Of a DNA stretch of 42,311 bases, positions 25,828 through 35,231 are shown piece after piece; the first letter of the stretch is position 1, and each line of letters opens with the position of its first letter. Both the position numbers and the translations under genes were made by a program. This DNA comes from Verrucomicrobiota bacterium (GTDB taxonomy: Bacteria > Verrucomicrobiota > Verrucomicrobiia > Limisphaerales > UBA11358). The notes below the pieces were generated by a model. The model was not told the origin of the DNA, made no database searches, and saw only the letters and a program-made list of their open reading frames with translations. The stretch spans positions 1 to 42,311 of the forward strand of contig JBEKEJ010000001.1 of the NCBI GenBank assembly GCA_050013895.1, in the 5' to 3' direction.

Positions 25828-27453
25828 ATGAAATCGAAAATCATATACGTTAGATACGGCTTGGCCGTGGCCGTAGCCGCCATCCTCGCCGGTTGTGCGT
25901 CAAACTCAACCTTAACCCAAACCGTCGATCACCCGTCCAATTATCGTTCAGGTTCCAGTTTGGACGAAGTGAATGCCGGGTATGACACCTTTGGCCGTAA
26001 ATTGGCCGAACCAGCCCCGACCCCGGCCCCGGCAGAATCCCAGGCCGCGCCCGCTCCGGCAGCACCCCAAGCCGCACCGGCCCCGGCTGCTCCACCCCCG
26101 GCCCAGCCTTGCACTGCCGAAATCAAAAGCGGCCTGGTTCACCTTGCCAAGAAGGCTCCCGCCGAAGTCGCCTTGGGCCAGGAATATATGACCGAACTGG
26201 ATGCGACCGCCGTTGTTTGTGCTGAAAACATTGTCATTACCGACCACGTTCCCGCCGGGGCCACTTATGTCCGCAGCGAACCCGCCGCCCAGGTGGACGG
26301 TGACAAGCTGGTTTGGAACATTTCCGACATGGAGGCCGGCGAGGCCCAGAGCATCAAAGTCTGGCTGCGCGCCGACAAGGAAGGCATACTGAACAACTGC
26401 GCCACAGTCAGGGCCGACCCCAAAGTTTGCGCCGCCACGCGCGTGGTCAAACCTAACATCGAATTGACCAAGAGTGAGCCGGCCGACGTGAGCATCTGCG
26501 ACCCGATTCCGGTGAAGCTGGTGGTCAAAAACACCGGCAGCAGCCGGTTGACGGGCGTGAAGGTGACCGAAAACCTGCCTGACGGATTGACCAGCGAAGG
26601 CAAGAACAGCCTCGCGTTTGACGCGGGCAGTCTCGCCCCCGGCGAAAGCAAGGAAATCAAATTCAACGCCACCGCCGCCACCACCGGCAAGTATCAGAAC
26701 TCGGCCCAAGCCACGTCCGACCAGGGCGTCAGCGCCAAGGCTTCCGCTTCGACTGCCGTTCATCAGGCCGTCCTGGCGCTGAGTTGCAAGGCGCCCGAAC
26801 AGCAATACATCGGACGTGCCTTTAACGTCCTATTCACGGTTTCAAACAGCGGCGACGTCCCGGCTGCCGGGGCGCAAGTCGTGGTGCCGGTTCCAGCCGG
26901 TTTGACAGTGAACTCGGCCACGGCTGGCGGTCATGTGTCCGGCAACAATCTCGTTTGGGATTTGGATTCGCTGAAGGTGAAAGCACCGCAGGATCTGTCC
27001 GCCACGTTTGTGAGTGCGAACGCCGGCACGTTTGATTTCAACGCCACGGCCAAGGGCACTTGCGTCGCGCCGGTTTCAACCTCATGCTCAACCAAAGTGG
27101 TGGGCATCGCCGCCATCCTGCTGGAAAAGGCGGATAATCCCGATCCGGTCGCGGTTGGCGAAACGACCACCTACACCGTCAAGGTCACAAACCAGGGCTC
27201 GGCCGACGATTCCAACGTGCGGATGGTCGTAACCATTGCGCCGGAGCTCGTTCCCATCAGCGCCTCGGAAGGCACGATTGACGGCCAGACCGTCACCATG
27301 CCGACTGTGCCACGCCTGGCGCCCAAAGCCGCCGTCACCTACACGATCGTGGCCAAGGGCGTGAAAGCCGGTGATGGACATACCAAGTTCACCCTGTCGT
27401 CCGACGTTTTGAAGTCGCCGATTGCGGCCGAGGAAAGCACCACGGTTTACTAA
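25828..27453 (+). CDS. OmcB-like DUF11-repeat lipoprotein (homologue of the chlamydial 60-kDa cysteine-rich envelope protein)
   Basis: It has the lipobox AILAGCAS and a Pro/Ala linker. Blocks such as ITDHVPAGATYVRSEPAAQVDGDKLVWNISDMEAGEAQSIKVWLRADKEG follow. The C-terminus GETTTYTVKVTNQGSADDSNVRMVV...VPRLAPKAAVTYTIVAKGVKAGDGHTKFTLSSD...TTVY is co-linear with chlamydial OmcB as I recall it. Confidence 0.75.
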   Translation: MKSKIIYVRYGLAVAVAAILAGCASNSTLTQTVDHPSNYRSGSSLDEVNAGYDTFGRKLAEPAPTPAPAESQAAPAPAAPQAAPAPAAPPPAQPCTAEIKSGLVHLAKKAPAEVALGQEYMTELDATAVVCAENIVITDHVPAGATYVRSEPAAQVDGDKLVWNISDMEAGEAQSIKVWLRADKEGILNNCATVRADPKVCAATRVVKPNIELTKSEPADVSICDPIPVKLVVKNTGSSRLTGVKVTENLPDGLTSEGKNSLAFDAGSLAPGESKEIKFNATAATTGKYQNSAQATSDQGVSAKASASTAVHQAVLALSCKAPEQQYIGRAFNVLFTVSNSGDVPAAGAQVVVPVPAGLTVNSATAGGHVSGNNLVWDLDSLKVKAPQDLSATFVSANAGTFDFNATAKGTCVAPVSTSCSTKVVGIAAILLEKADNPDPVAVGETTTYTVKVTNQGSADDSNVRMVVTIAPELVPISASEGTIDGQTVTMPTVPRLAPKAAVTYTIVAKGVKAGDGHTKFTLSSDVLKSPIAAEESTTVY

Positions 27454-27469
27454 ACCGTTTCTTGCCCAT

Positions 27470-27502
27470 AACCGGCGGGTCGAAAGGTCCGCCGGTTTTT
27501 TT
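27470..27502 (+). terminator. Rho-independent terminator after the OmcB-like gene
   Basis: AACCGGCGG-gtcgaaaggt-CCGCCGGTT followed by TTTTT. Confidence 0.7.
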
Positions 27503-27619
27503 ACGCTTTCAAATTGACTCGCCGGAAAACGCAAAGCGGGAAGGGGCGATAAACCCGGCATGGAAGTCGCTAAATTGGCGGCTGGCGGCGAAGGTCGCCG
27601 CCGGAAAGAGAGCAAAATT

Positions 27620-27883
27620 ATGAAGAAAATCATCATTGCCATGGTGAGTTCCCTGCTGTTCGCCGGTTCAATTGCGCTGGCGGAACCAAGCGCTGCGGAC
27701 CAGAAATGGCTCGAAGTTGTCCAAAAAATGGTCGAAAAGGGACAAACCAAATTGTCCACTCCCAGCCCGGAACGGGTCAAGCTGTTCCAAACCTGGGCGG
27801 GCCAGCATGGCCTCACGGTCGTGGTAACCCAGGCCGATTCAAATTACAAAATCGAGGTCACCAAGCCGGTCGCCAAGAATTAA
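27620..27883 (+). CDS. Small secreted protein, unknown function
   Basis: The ATG at 27620 gives MKKIIIAMVSSLLFAGSIALAEPSAADQKW, a signal peptide. 87 aa, no Cys. Confidence 0.5.
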   Translation: MKKIIIAMVSSLLFAGSIALAEPSAADQKWLEVVQKMVEKGQTKLSTPSPERVKLFQTWAGQHGLTVVVTQADSNYKIEVTKPVAKN

Positions 27884-27911
27884 GTCAGCGACCCGCTCAT
27901 TCCATTGAACC

Positions 27912-27940
27912 AAAGCCCGGACATCCTTCCGGGCTTTTGG
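27912..27940 (+). terminator. Rho-independent terminator
   Basis: AAAGCCCGGA-catcct-TCCGGGCTTT followed by TGG. The T-run is partly within the stem. Confidence 0.55.
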
Positions 27941-27989
27941 TGTTCCAACAGCTTGCCGCCGGGAGAAGCAACATTTAGCTTCGTGGGAA

Positions 27990-28661
27990 ATGCCTCGCGA
28001 GACATCTGAAGCCAAAGCCGCGCGCCTGAAAAGAATCATCGCCGCGCTGGACCGGGTTTATCCGGACGCGCACTGCGAACTGGGGCACGTAAACCCGCTG
28101 GAATTGCTCGTCGCCACGATTCTTTCGGCGCAATGCACCGACCAGCGCGTCAACATCGTCACGAAGGAGTTGTTCTATAAATACCGTTCGGCGGCGGATT
28201 ATGCGCAGGCGCCGCTTTCGGAACTCGAGCAAGCCATCAAGACCACCGGCCTTTTTCGCAACAAGGCGAAAAACATCCGGGCGTGTTGCCGCAAAATCGT
28301 CGTCCGCCACGGCGGCCAAATGCCGCGCACGATGGAGGAATTGACGCAGCTCGACGGCGTCGGCCGCAAAACCGCGAACGTCGTTTTGGGCAATGCCTTT
28401 GGCATCAACGCCGGCGTCGTCGTGGACACCCACGTTGCGCGGCTGTCGCAGCGGCTCGGATTGGCGAAGCAGAAAACGCCGGAGAGAATCGAGCAGGAAC
28501 TAATGACGCTCGTGCCGCAAAAACAATGGACGCTGTTCAGCCACTGGCTCATCTGGCACGGACGCCGCCGTTGTGACGCGCGCAAGCCGGACTGTGCGAA
28601 TTGTGAGTTGCTGAAATGGTGTCCGCGAACTGGCGTCAAGGAATCGCTAGCCACAGATTAA
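27990..28661 (+). CDS. nth: Endonuclease III
   Basis: ELLVATILSAQCTDQRVN, the HhH-GPD segment LTQLDGVGRKTANVVLG, VDTHVARLSQRLG and the C-terminal 4Fe-4S motif CDARKPDCANCELLKWC. Confidence 0.9.
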   Translation: MPRETSEAKAARLKRIIAALDRVYPDAHCELGHVNPLELLVATILSAQCTDQRVNIVTKELFYKYRSAADYAQAPLSELEQAIKTTGLFRNKAKNIRACCRKIVVRHGGQMPRTMEELTQLDGVGRKTANVVLGNAFGINAGVVVDTHVARLSQRLGLAKQKTPERIEQELMTLVPQKQWTLFSHWLIWHGRRRCDARKPDCANCELLKWCPRTGVKESLATD

Positions 28662-28684
28662 AGAGATGAACCCGGACTTTTTAT

Positions 28685-28749
28685 CCGCGAATTGCGCGAA
28701 TTCTCACGAATTCAAAAGATTTCTTCGCGCAAATTCGCGAAATTAGCGG
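28685..28749. repeat. REP-like palindrome (CGCGAATTGCGCGAA type)
   Basis: CCGCGAATTGCGCGAA (28685-28700) pairs with TTCGCGCAAATTCGCG (28724-28739) as inverted arms. The element ends at the ATG of the next gene. Confidence 0.6.
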
Positions 28750-29430
28750 ATGAATTTTCTGATTCTTAATTCCGGTCCCGGCGACCCGGCGTTCAACATG
28801 GCGCTGGACGAGGCGCTGCTGGAAGCGATGTCGCGTCTGGGCCGGCCGGTGTTGCGGTTTTACGGCTGGACGGAACCGGCGGCCACGTTCGGTTACTTTC
28901 AAAGATATGCGGACGTTGAACGGGCGACGCCGCTGCGACCGCTCATCCGCCGCCCCACCGGCGGCGGCCTCGTGCCGCACAAAGCCGACTGGACCTACTG
29001 CCTCGCCTTTCCGCCGGGCCATGAATGGCATATGCTCAAGGCCGGGGAGAGTTACCGCCGCGTTCACGCATGGATTCAATCCGCATTCACGAAGCTAAAA
29101 ATCGAAACAGAACTCGCGTCGTTCTGCAAAAAAACTGCGCCGGGACAATGTTTCGTCGGCCACGAAAAATCCGATGTGCTCTGGAACGGAAAAAAAATCG
29201 CCGGCGCGGCGCAACGGCGCAACCATTTTGGCCTTTTGATCCAAGGTTCATTGCAACCGCCGCCGGTTTCACTCGCGCGGGCCGATTGGCAAATGGCCAT
29301 GTGCGCCGTCGGGATCGAGGAGTTTGGGGTTGAATGGCAGGAGGTTGAGCTGGAGGACACGCTGCGGAACCGGGCGGAGGCCTTGGTCCGGAGCAAGTAT
29401 TCACAAATGGCATACATAAGAAAACGTTAA
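28750..29430 (+). CDS. Biotin/lipoate A/B protein ligase family protein (LplA/LipB-like)
   Basis: FNMALDEALLE, VLRFYGW..PAATFGYFQ, RRPTGGGLVPH and GKKIAGAAQRR are the BPL_LplA_LipB catalytic-domain motifs. Confidence 0.8.
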   Translation: MNFLILNSGPGDPAFNMALDEALLEAMSRLGRPVLRFYGWTEPAATFGYFQRYADVERATPLRPLIRRPTGGGLVPHKADWTYCLAFPPGHEWHMLKAGESYRRVHAWIQSAFTKLKIETELASFCKKTAPGQCFVGHEKSDVLWNGKKIAGAAQRRNHFGLLIQGSLQPPPVSLARADWQMAMCAVGIEEFGVEWQEVELEDTLRNRAEALVRSKYSQMAYIRKR

Positions 29431-29512
29431 GCATTTACAATATTTACAGAAATGGGATGATTGGCGCGAGTGGGCGGACGGGAGGGGTTGCACCGTCTGA
29501 CCCGGGGCCTTT

Positions 29513-31567
29513 GTGGGAAAAGTTGTATTTTGCATCGCGGCGTTTCTGCTTTCCGCCACTCCGACCGGAGCGGCGGTTTTGCTGGGTGATTCCTTCAATT
29601 ATCCGGAGGGTCCGCTGGTAACGGTGAGCGGCGGCGTGTGGGCGCATCATAGCGGTTCGGTTGCCGGGGAAGTGATGCTCCAGTCAGGCTGGGTGATGCT
29701 GAACGAAACCGACACCGAGGATGTCAACGCGCTCCTGGCCGGGCAGCCTTATCCCGCTTCCGGCGCAACGAACGTGTTCTACGCGAGTTTCACGTTTAGA
29801 TTCACCGTGCTGCCCGGCAGTGGCGGCGCTTACTTCGCGCATTTCAAAAATTCGTCCAGCGGTTTTCGGGCGCGCATCTGGGCGTTGACCGGCGGGGCGG
29901 CGCCGAACAAGTTCCGGCTGGGAATTTCTTCGACCGACGGCTCGGTCATCAGCGCCACGAACCCCACGGATTTGAGCCTCAACACGGATTACACCGTCGT
30001 GACCCGCCTCGTGAACAGCAACTCGAGGAGCACACTTTGGATCAATTCGGAATCGGAGAGTGATGCCGGCATTTCGACGGATGAAAGCGCTTCCTCTTGC
30101 ACCGTGGCCAGCTATGCGTTTCGTGAAAGTGCCGGCGAAGGAGCGCTGAATATTGACAATCTGCGGGTCGGCACGTCGTTTGCGGATGTGGCCCCCGATG
30201 GGTCGGGACTGCCGCCGGCCATCACATCCCAATCGCAGAACCAGACCGTCACGAACGGCGCAAACGTCACTTTCAGCGTAAGCGCCGGCGGCACACCGCC
30301 GCTCAGTTATCAATGGCAGTTCACCCCGACATCGGATGTCGGAATTCACGGCACGAATCTTCCCGGAGAGGTGAGTTCCAATCTCACGCTGACGGACGTG
30401 ACTTTCGACCAGGCAGGCTTTTATGCCGTCGTGGTCACCAACGCCGCCGGTTCGACCATCAGCGACCCCGTCGCCTTGAGCGTCTGGCGCGCCACAACTC
30501 CGGCATTTTCATATCTTACTTACAACGTGCACGGGAACGGCCTGACCAATTGGAGCACGAACCTGTGGCACGTGCAGGCCATCGGCCGGCAAATGCAATA
30601 CCTCGATCCCGATATCATCACCTTCAACGAAATCCCGGTCACCAACAATTGCACGGCGCAGATGTCGGATTTTGTCACGGCCTTCCGCCCAGGCTATCAT
30701 CTCGCCACCAACTCCGCGGACGACGGGTTCATTCACAGTGTCATCCTCAGCCGTTATCCCATCGTCTCGTCGGCCAGTTGGTTGCACGGTTCCGATCTCG
30801 CGCCTTACGGTTATACCGGGTCGGGGTTCACCCGCGATTTGTTCGAAGCGCAAATTTCCGTGCCCGGCTTTTCGCGGCCGTTGCACGTGTTCACGGCGCA
30901 TTTGAAATCGGGACAGGACGCTGATTCGGCAGCGAAACGGTCGGCGGAAGCGGGCGCCGTTTCCAATTTTTTCGCCACGATCTATCTGCCGGCCAATGGC
31001 GGGCAACCTTGCGTGTTGAGCGGCGACCTGAACGAAGACATTGTCCGGCCGCCGGCGGGCAACCGACAGGCCATCCAGCGCCTGGTCGGCGGGCCGACTG
31101 GATTGCGTCTGACCACCGCCGTCAATCCTTTCACCAGCAGCGAACTGACCTGGTCCATTCAGAACACCGACGGCCCGACCAGGCGTTACGATTACATCCT
31201 GCCCTGCGCGATGCTGTCGTCGAACATTGTCAGCAGCCAGGTTCTCCGGACGGACTGGCTGACTCCGATGCCGCCCGATTTGTATAGCAACGACGACAAA
31301 ACCGCGTCGGACCATCTGCCCGTGTTCATGACATTTGGCAATCCGTTCAACGTGCCATTTCGTCTGCTTGCCATCGGGATGACGAACCAGATCGTGTCGT
31401 TGAAATGGGAATCCGCCGGTAACCGCCTCTACGACGTCGAAGTCTCAACCGATCTCGTCGCTTGGACGCCGCTGGCCACCGGCCTCGTCGCCACTGGCGC
31501 CAATTTCACGTTCAGCACGAATGTGCCGGACGGCGCGAAATTCTTTCGCATCCGCCGCGCGCCGTGA
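29513..31567 (+). CDS. Secreted multidomain protein: lectin/LamG-like N-domain, Ig-like (I-set) domain, endonuclease/exonuclease/phosphatase (EEP) domain
   Basis: A GTG start with signal peptide. The Ig-like block reads ITSQSQNQTVTNGANVTFSVSAGGTPPLSYQWQF...AGFYAVVVTNAAGS. The EEP motifs are LTYNVHG, ITFNEIP and the terminal SDHLPVFMTF. Confidence 0.8.
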   Translation: MGKVVFCIAAFLLSATPTGAAVLLGDSFNYPEGPLVTVSGGVWAHHSGSVAGEVMLQSGWVMLNETDTEDVNALLAGQPYPASGATNVFYASFTFRFTVLPGSGGAYFAHFKNSSSGFRARIWALTGGAAPNKFRLGISSTDGSVISATNPTDLSLNTDYTVVTRLVNSNSRSTLWINSESESDAGISTDESASSCTVASYAFRESAGEGALNIDNLRVGTSFADVAPDGSGLPPAITSQSQNQTVTNGANVTFSVSAGGTPPLSYQWQFTPTSDVGIHGTNLPGEVSSNLTLTDVTFDQAGFYAVVVTNAAGSTISDPVALSVWRATTPAFSYLTYNVHGNGLTNWSTNLWHVQAIGRQMQYLDPDIITFNEIPVTNNCTAQMSDFVTAFRPGYHLATNSADDGFIHSVILSRYPIVSSASWLHGSDLAPYGYTGSGFTRDLFEAQISVPGFSRPLHVFTAHLKSGQDADSAAKRSAEAGAVSNFFATIYLPANGGQPCVLSGDLNEDIVRPPAGNRQAIQRLVGGPTGLRLTTAVNPFTSSELTWSIQNTDGPTRRYDYILPCAMLSSNIVSSQVLRTDWLTPMPPDLYSNDDKTASDHLPVFMTFGNPFNVPFRLLAIGMTNQIVSLKWESAGNRLYDVEVSTDLVAWTPLATGLVATGANFTFSTNVPDGAKFFRIRRAP

Positions 31568-31575
31568 TTGCGGTG

Positions 31576-32226
31576 TCAGGGGCACCAGACCAGTTCCGGA
31601 TTATTGGTGATTCCCTTGTTGGCGCTGAAATTCCAATACTCCGTGTTCCGGAAGCGCGCGACGTGCCCGTCGAGAAAGACAAACTGCGCACCTTGATTGT
31701 GCAGGTTCGTGTGAACATTGTTTTGTTGAGCGACCGCGGCGACTTGTCCATTGTCAAACAACCACACTGTGACTGCGGGCCGCCGGACATTTGAAAGCAG
31801 AATTTGATTGTCCGTGCCATTGCCGTTTACGTTTTTGTTAAGGCAATAGTGAAACAGCTCGGTGCCGTTGCTGCGTCGTGGATTTGAAGGGCAGATCCAA
31901 ATACAATACCCGGGATCAATGTCGGCATTCGTCCGCCACGGCATTTCGTGATACGTCGGCAGATTCAGCACGCGCGGCAAATCGATATACCATCCTGCCT
32001 CTGTCGAACTGCCACTAAAGGAGCCGTCTTGGGGGAGATAGTCATTGTTTTCGCCGGCAAAAAGCGCCGTCGCCACTCCCCACTGCCGGAGATTATTCCG
32101 GCACTCGGCGGCCTGGGCCGAACATTTGGCATGGTTGAGAGCCGGCAGCAGCAGGGCAGCCAGAATTGCGATGACCGCCATGGCCACCAGTAATTCAGTC
32201 AGCGTGAATGCCCGCGCCCTTTTCAT
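31576..32226 (-). CDS. Prepilin-type N-terminal cleavage/methylation protein of the H-X9-DG (DUF1559) family
   Basis: The ATG at 32226 gives [30 protein letters not shown]. The C-terminal [14 protein letters not shown] is the H-X9-DG signature. Confidence 0.85.
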   Translation of the reverse strand: MKRARAFTLTELLVAMAVIAILAALLLPALNHAKCSAQAAECRNNLRQWGVATALFAGENNDYLPQDGSFSGSSTEAGWYIDLPRVLNLPTYHEMPWRTNADIDPGYCIWICPSNPRRSNGTELFHYCLNKNVNGNGTDNQILLSNVRRPAVTVWLFDNGQVAAVAQQNNVHTNLHNQGAQFVFLDGHVARFRNTEYWNFSANKGITNNPELVWCP

Positions 32227-32516
32227 CAACCCTGCCGATACTGAAACCCGGACGAGTTAACACCCTGGCCAGCCGATTGGCAAAGTGTTTTTTCACCGTT
32301 CAGTTCACTTGGACGCCTGTTTGGCGCTGCCGTCGGAGCGCAGACAGTCTTGTCCGCAAAAGGGTGATCCCGCGCCGACCCCGCGGGGTTTGCCCCGGTT
32401 GGAAACGCGGGGACTCGGCGGTCCGCACTCGGAGCCTTTGGTCAACACGCCATCTGAAGGTGCCCCTTTCGTCTCAAAAATCTCGCCTGGCATTCGGGTT
32501 TTGGTATTTTTCCCGC

Positions 32517-33215
32517 ATGGTTCGGCTGGTTCTGTTCGACGTTGACGGCACGCTCGTTCACACGGGACGCGCCGGCACCCAGGCCTTCGCCACGACCTTT
32601 GCCACCGGCTTCAACGCGCCCAACGGCGCCGAAAAAATCAACTTCGCCGGCCGCACCGACGTGAATCTCGTCCGCGAATTTTTCGGTCTCCACGGTATCC
32701 CGGCGACGCCGGAAAATTTCGAGCGGTTCTTCGAACGTTATGTTTTCTGGCTCGACCACATCATCGCGCAAAGCCACGGCGGGCCCTGTGAAGGCGTGCC
32801 GGAATTTCTCGACGGCCTGCGGGCGTTGCCCCGGCCGCCGTTGCTCGGCCTGCTCACCGGCAACATCCGCCTCGGCGCGGAAATCAAATTGCGCCGCTAC
32901 CAGCTCTGGGACGTTTTTGCGACCGGCGCGTTTGCCGACGACAGCGAGGACCGCAACCAAATTGCCGTCGCCGCGCTCAAACGCGGCCGCCGCGTGCTCG
33001 GAAAAGATTTGCGGCCGGACGAAATCCTCGTAGTCGGCGACACGCCGTATGACGTCCGCTGCGGAAGATTCATCGGCGCAAAAGTGCTGGCCGTGGCCAC
33101 CGGCGGCGCGACGCTGGATGAATTGAAACGGCACCAGCCGGATTGGGCGGTCGGGGAATTGACGCAGCTCAGCGCAAGGGAAGTTGTGGGAGGAACGGCG
33201 TGTCGCCGTCCTTGA
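32517..33215 (+). CDS. HAD-superfamily hydrolase (phosphoglycolate phosphatase-like)
   Basis: The ATG at 32517 gives MVRLVLFDVDGTLVHT (DxDGT motif I). It has LLTGN (motif II) and VVGDTPYDVRCG (motif IV). The upstream 103 codons of ORF 32208.. are non-coding-like. Confidence 0.8.
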   Translation: MVRLVLFDVDGTLVHTGRAGTQAFATTFATGFNAPNGAEKINFAGRTDVNLVREFFGLHGIPATPENFERFFERYVFWLDHIIAQSHGGPCEGVPEFLDGLRALPRPPLLGLLTGNIRLGAEIKLRRYQLWDVFATGAFADDSEDRNQIAVAALKRGRRVLGKDLRPDEILVVGDTPYDVRCGRFIGAKVLAVATGGATLDELKRHQPDWAVGELTQLSAREVVGGTACRRP

Positions 33216-33250
33216 TTTGGGGTCGGCAACACGCCAACCCTCCCAAAAAT

Positions 33251-33469
33251 TCAATGCCCCCCGTGGCAATGCCCGCCACAGCAACCGCCGCCGCCGTTTC
33301 CCGACGGTGCCTGATTGCCGCCGGCATTGGCGGAGGCAAACACGGAAAGCTTCTTTGCCATCTTTGTGGAACCGCAATGCGGGCATTTTGTCCCCCGCCA
33401 GTCACTGGAGCGGACGAGGATTTCGCTGTCGCGTTCGCACTTCTCGCAATGAAATTCGTAAATCGGCAT
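33251..33469 (-). CDS. FmdB-family zinc-ribbon protein with a Gly/Cys/His-rich tail
   Basis: MPIYEFHCEKCERDSEILVRSSDWRGTKCPHCGS, ending in NGGGGCCGGHCHGGH. Confidence 0.8.
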   Translation of the reverse strand: MPIYEFHCEKCERDSEILVRSSDWRGTKCPHCGSTKMAKKLSVFASANAGGNQAPSGNGGGGCCGGHCHGGH

Positions 33470-33537
33470 GAGGGTAAAATAATCTTTCGGCGCGGAAGCA
33501 CAAGCGGGAACAGATTCAACCCGAAAACCGATATCGG

Positions 33538-33667
33538 TAGGGACGGCGCGCAGCAGCGCGCCGTCACCGCGCCGTTCAGGCGCGGAATCGGTCCGAGCGT
33601 TCGCCCTTGCACAATTCGTTCCGCCCGCTGGACGCGGGCGGGGACAGCGCAGCGCGCCGTCCCAACC
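33538..33667. repeat. Cluster of GC-rich REP-like hairpins (AQRAVPT-type junk translation)
   Basis: Three hairpins are present. GACGGCGCGC-agca-GCGCGCCGTC spans 33542-33565. CCGCCCG...CGGGCGG spans 33621-33641. GGACAGCGC-agc-GCGCCGTCC spans about 33642-33662. Confidence 0.6.
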
Positions 33668-33754
33668 ACTCTTTTTCGCGCGTCCTGCTTCGAAGTTCGG
33701 GTTCAGCAGAAGGTGACGAAGCCGCTTCGTTTCCTTCTTGCGCTTTTGGCATTT

Positions 33755-34510
33755 TTACGGCGACAACTTTTCCCGGTGCGGCAGATGGTCGCGGTTCCAG
33801 CGGACCAAAGCCGCGTCGTTGGTGGCTCCAAAAAGAGATTCCAGCTTCGGCGAATCGACGTGGCCGTCACAAAAGACCACGTTGGCCTCTCCTTGATGCC
33901 GCGAATGCGCATTGACCGAGCCGGCCACCTTGACATCGCGCCAAAATGCGGCCTCGCCGTTGAACACGTCGCCAATCGCCATCATGTCACCCGGAGCCGT
34001 CACCTCTGATTCTTTGACCGGAGGGGCGAGCGTTTGCGCGAACGTTCCTGACCTGTGTCCGCCAAGTCCGAGTGACACGGGGTTTCCCACCATGTCCAGG
34101 CCATAGGCATTGTAGCCGTAAGACATAAAAGCCATATTCGTGGGATAATTGGAGGGACGCCGGGCCGACGGGCAACGCCACACGCCCATTTGAATAAAAT
34201 TTTTGCCGGGTTGGGAGGCGATCTTTTCGTGCTCCAGAGCTTCAATCCAGTTTCTATAATGCTCCGGATAGCCCCCCGTTGGAAAATCCACATTTTCAAA
34301 CAAAGGATAAGCATGGTTATCCGCGACGAATTCCTGCAAAGCGAGCCCCAGTTGCCGCAAGTTGCCGGCGCACTGGATGCGCTGCGCCGGGCCTTTGCCG
34401 TGCCTGATGGCCGCCAGCAGCAGCGCAACCAAAATTCCAACAAAGGCGGCGAGCGTCAGAAGTTCGATCATGGTGAACGCTGAATTTTCATTGCCGCGTC
34501 TTGAAGACAT
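33755..34510 (-). CDS. Prepilin-type N-terminal cleavage/methylation protein of the H-X9-DG (DUF1559) family
   Basis: The ATG at 34510 gives MSSRRGNENSAFTMIELLTLAAFVGILVALLLAAI. The C-terminal HQGEANVVFCDGHV is the H-X9-DG signature. Confidence 0.85.
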   Translation of the reverse strand: MSSRRGNENSAFTMIELLTLAAFVGILVALLLAAIRHGKGPAQRIQCAGNLRQLGLALQEFVADNHAYPLFENVDFPTGGYPEHYRNWIEALEHEKIASQPGKNFIQMGVWRCPSARRPSNYPTNMAFMSYGYNAYGLDMVGNPVSLGLGGHRSGTFAQTLAPPVKESEVTAPGDMMAIGDVFNGEAAFWRDVKVAGSVNAHSRHQGEANVVFCDGHVDSPKLESLFGATNDAALVRWNRDHLPHREKLSP

Positions 34511-34713
34511 ATTAAAGCCATACCAGATTCCACTTTCTCTTTCAATCGCCAACTATCGGGCTTTGGGCATGGCACATTTGCGAAAGGCGATTGACGGGGC
34601 CGTCGCAACCTTTCGCGGATTGGCGGCTTGGGAAACACCGCGGAATCGCGCGACAGAAATGGGTGCGATGCGAGATGGTCGAGGAAAAACTGCTGAAGAA
34701 TTGAATCGAAATT

Positions 34714-34998
34714 TCAGCCAGGCCCTTGAGCGATCATCCATGCGCGAATAATGACGAAGGCCAGAATGCCGCTCCCAAGAACCGCCCCCATCACCGCGCA
34801 GACGACGCCCCAAATCCGATAAGGCCGCGCCGCGTTCCAGAAATGTTTTTCTTGGATGCGAATCCGGCCTGAAATCCACAGCGCAGAGAACGCGAACGGC
34901 AGCCCAATCAGCGGGATCAGTCCCAACAGTCCGAACACAAAGCACAGCAGGGAACTTCTGAGCATCCGAATTTTGGCGCGGGGAATGTCGTCGTTCAT
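34714..34998 (-). CDS. Small 3-TM membrane protein, last gene of the coupled T2SS-like operon
   Basis: Its ATG overlaps the upstream stop (ATGA). Hydrophobic segments are LLCFVFGLLGLIPLIGLPFAFSALWI and IWGVVCAVMGAVLGSGILAFVII. Confidence 0.5.
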   Translation of the reverse strand: MNDDIPRAKIRMLRSSLLCFVFGLLGLIPLIGLPFAFSALWISGRIRIQEKHFWNAARPYRIWGVVCAVMGAVLGSGILAFVIIRAWMIAQGPG

Positions 34999-35231
34999 TT
35001 TGATTCCGTTTTCGCCGGCGATCCCACGATAGCATTGGTGTTGGTCTGCGATGTATTCAGCCGTTCGATCTGCCGATGTTCCAGCAATTTGGTTTCTTGG
35101 TGCAAATGGGAAAGGGCGTCACTGTTGGCGGCGACCAGAATCATCATGATCGCCAGCAACGAGATGAAAACGAAAACCGCCGAACCGTTTTGCCGGCCGC
35201 GTCGGGTGAAATTGGAATGGGAAATTTTCAT
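34995..35231 (-). CDS. Miniature pseudopilin-like protein (GspK-like N-terminus without Glu+5)
   Basis: MKISHSNFTRRGRQNGSAVFVFISLLAIMMILVAAN, only 78 aa. ATGA overlaps occur at both ends. Confidence 0.45.
   Translation of the reverse strand: MKISHSNFTRRGRQNGSAVFVFISLLAIMMILVAANSDALSHLHQETKLLEHRQIERLNTSQTNTNAIVGSPAKTESK

Noticed and set aside
32230-32516. 287-nt GC-rich spacer upstream of the HAD hydrolase with several hairpins (for example CCCCGCGGGG and CCGCGGGGTTTGCCCCGG), checked for a riboswitch, sRNA or tRNA.
   Set aside because: I could not match it to any riboswitch or tRNA architecture: there is no T-loop GGTTCGAATCC-like motif and no conserved riboswitch core. It is more likely another REP-type element, but single arms only, so it is not annotated.
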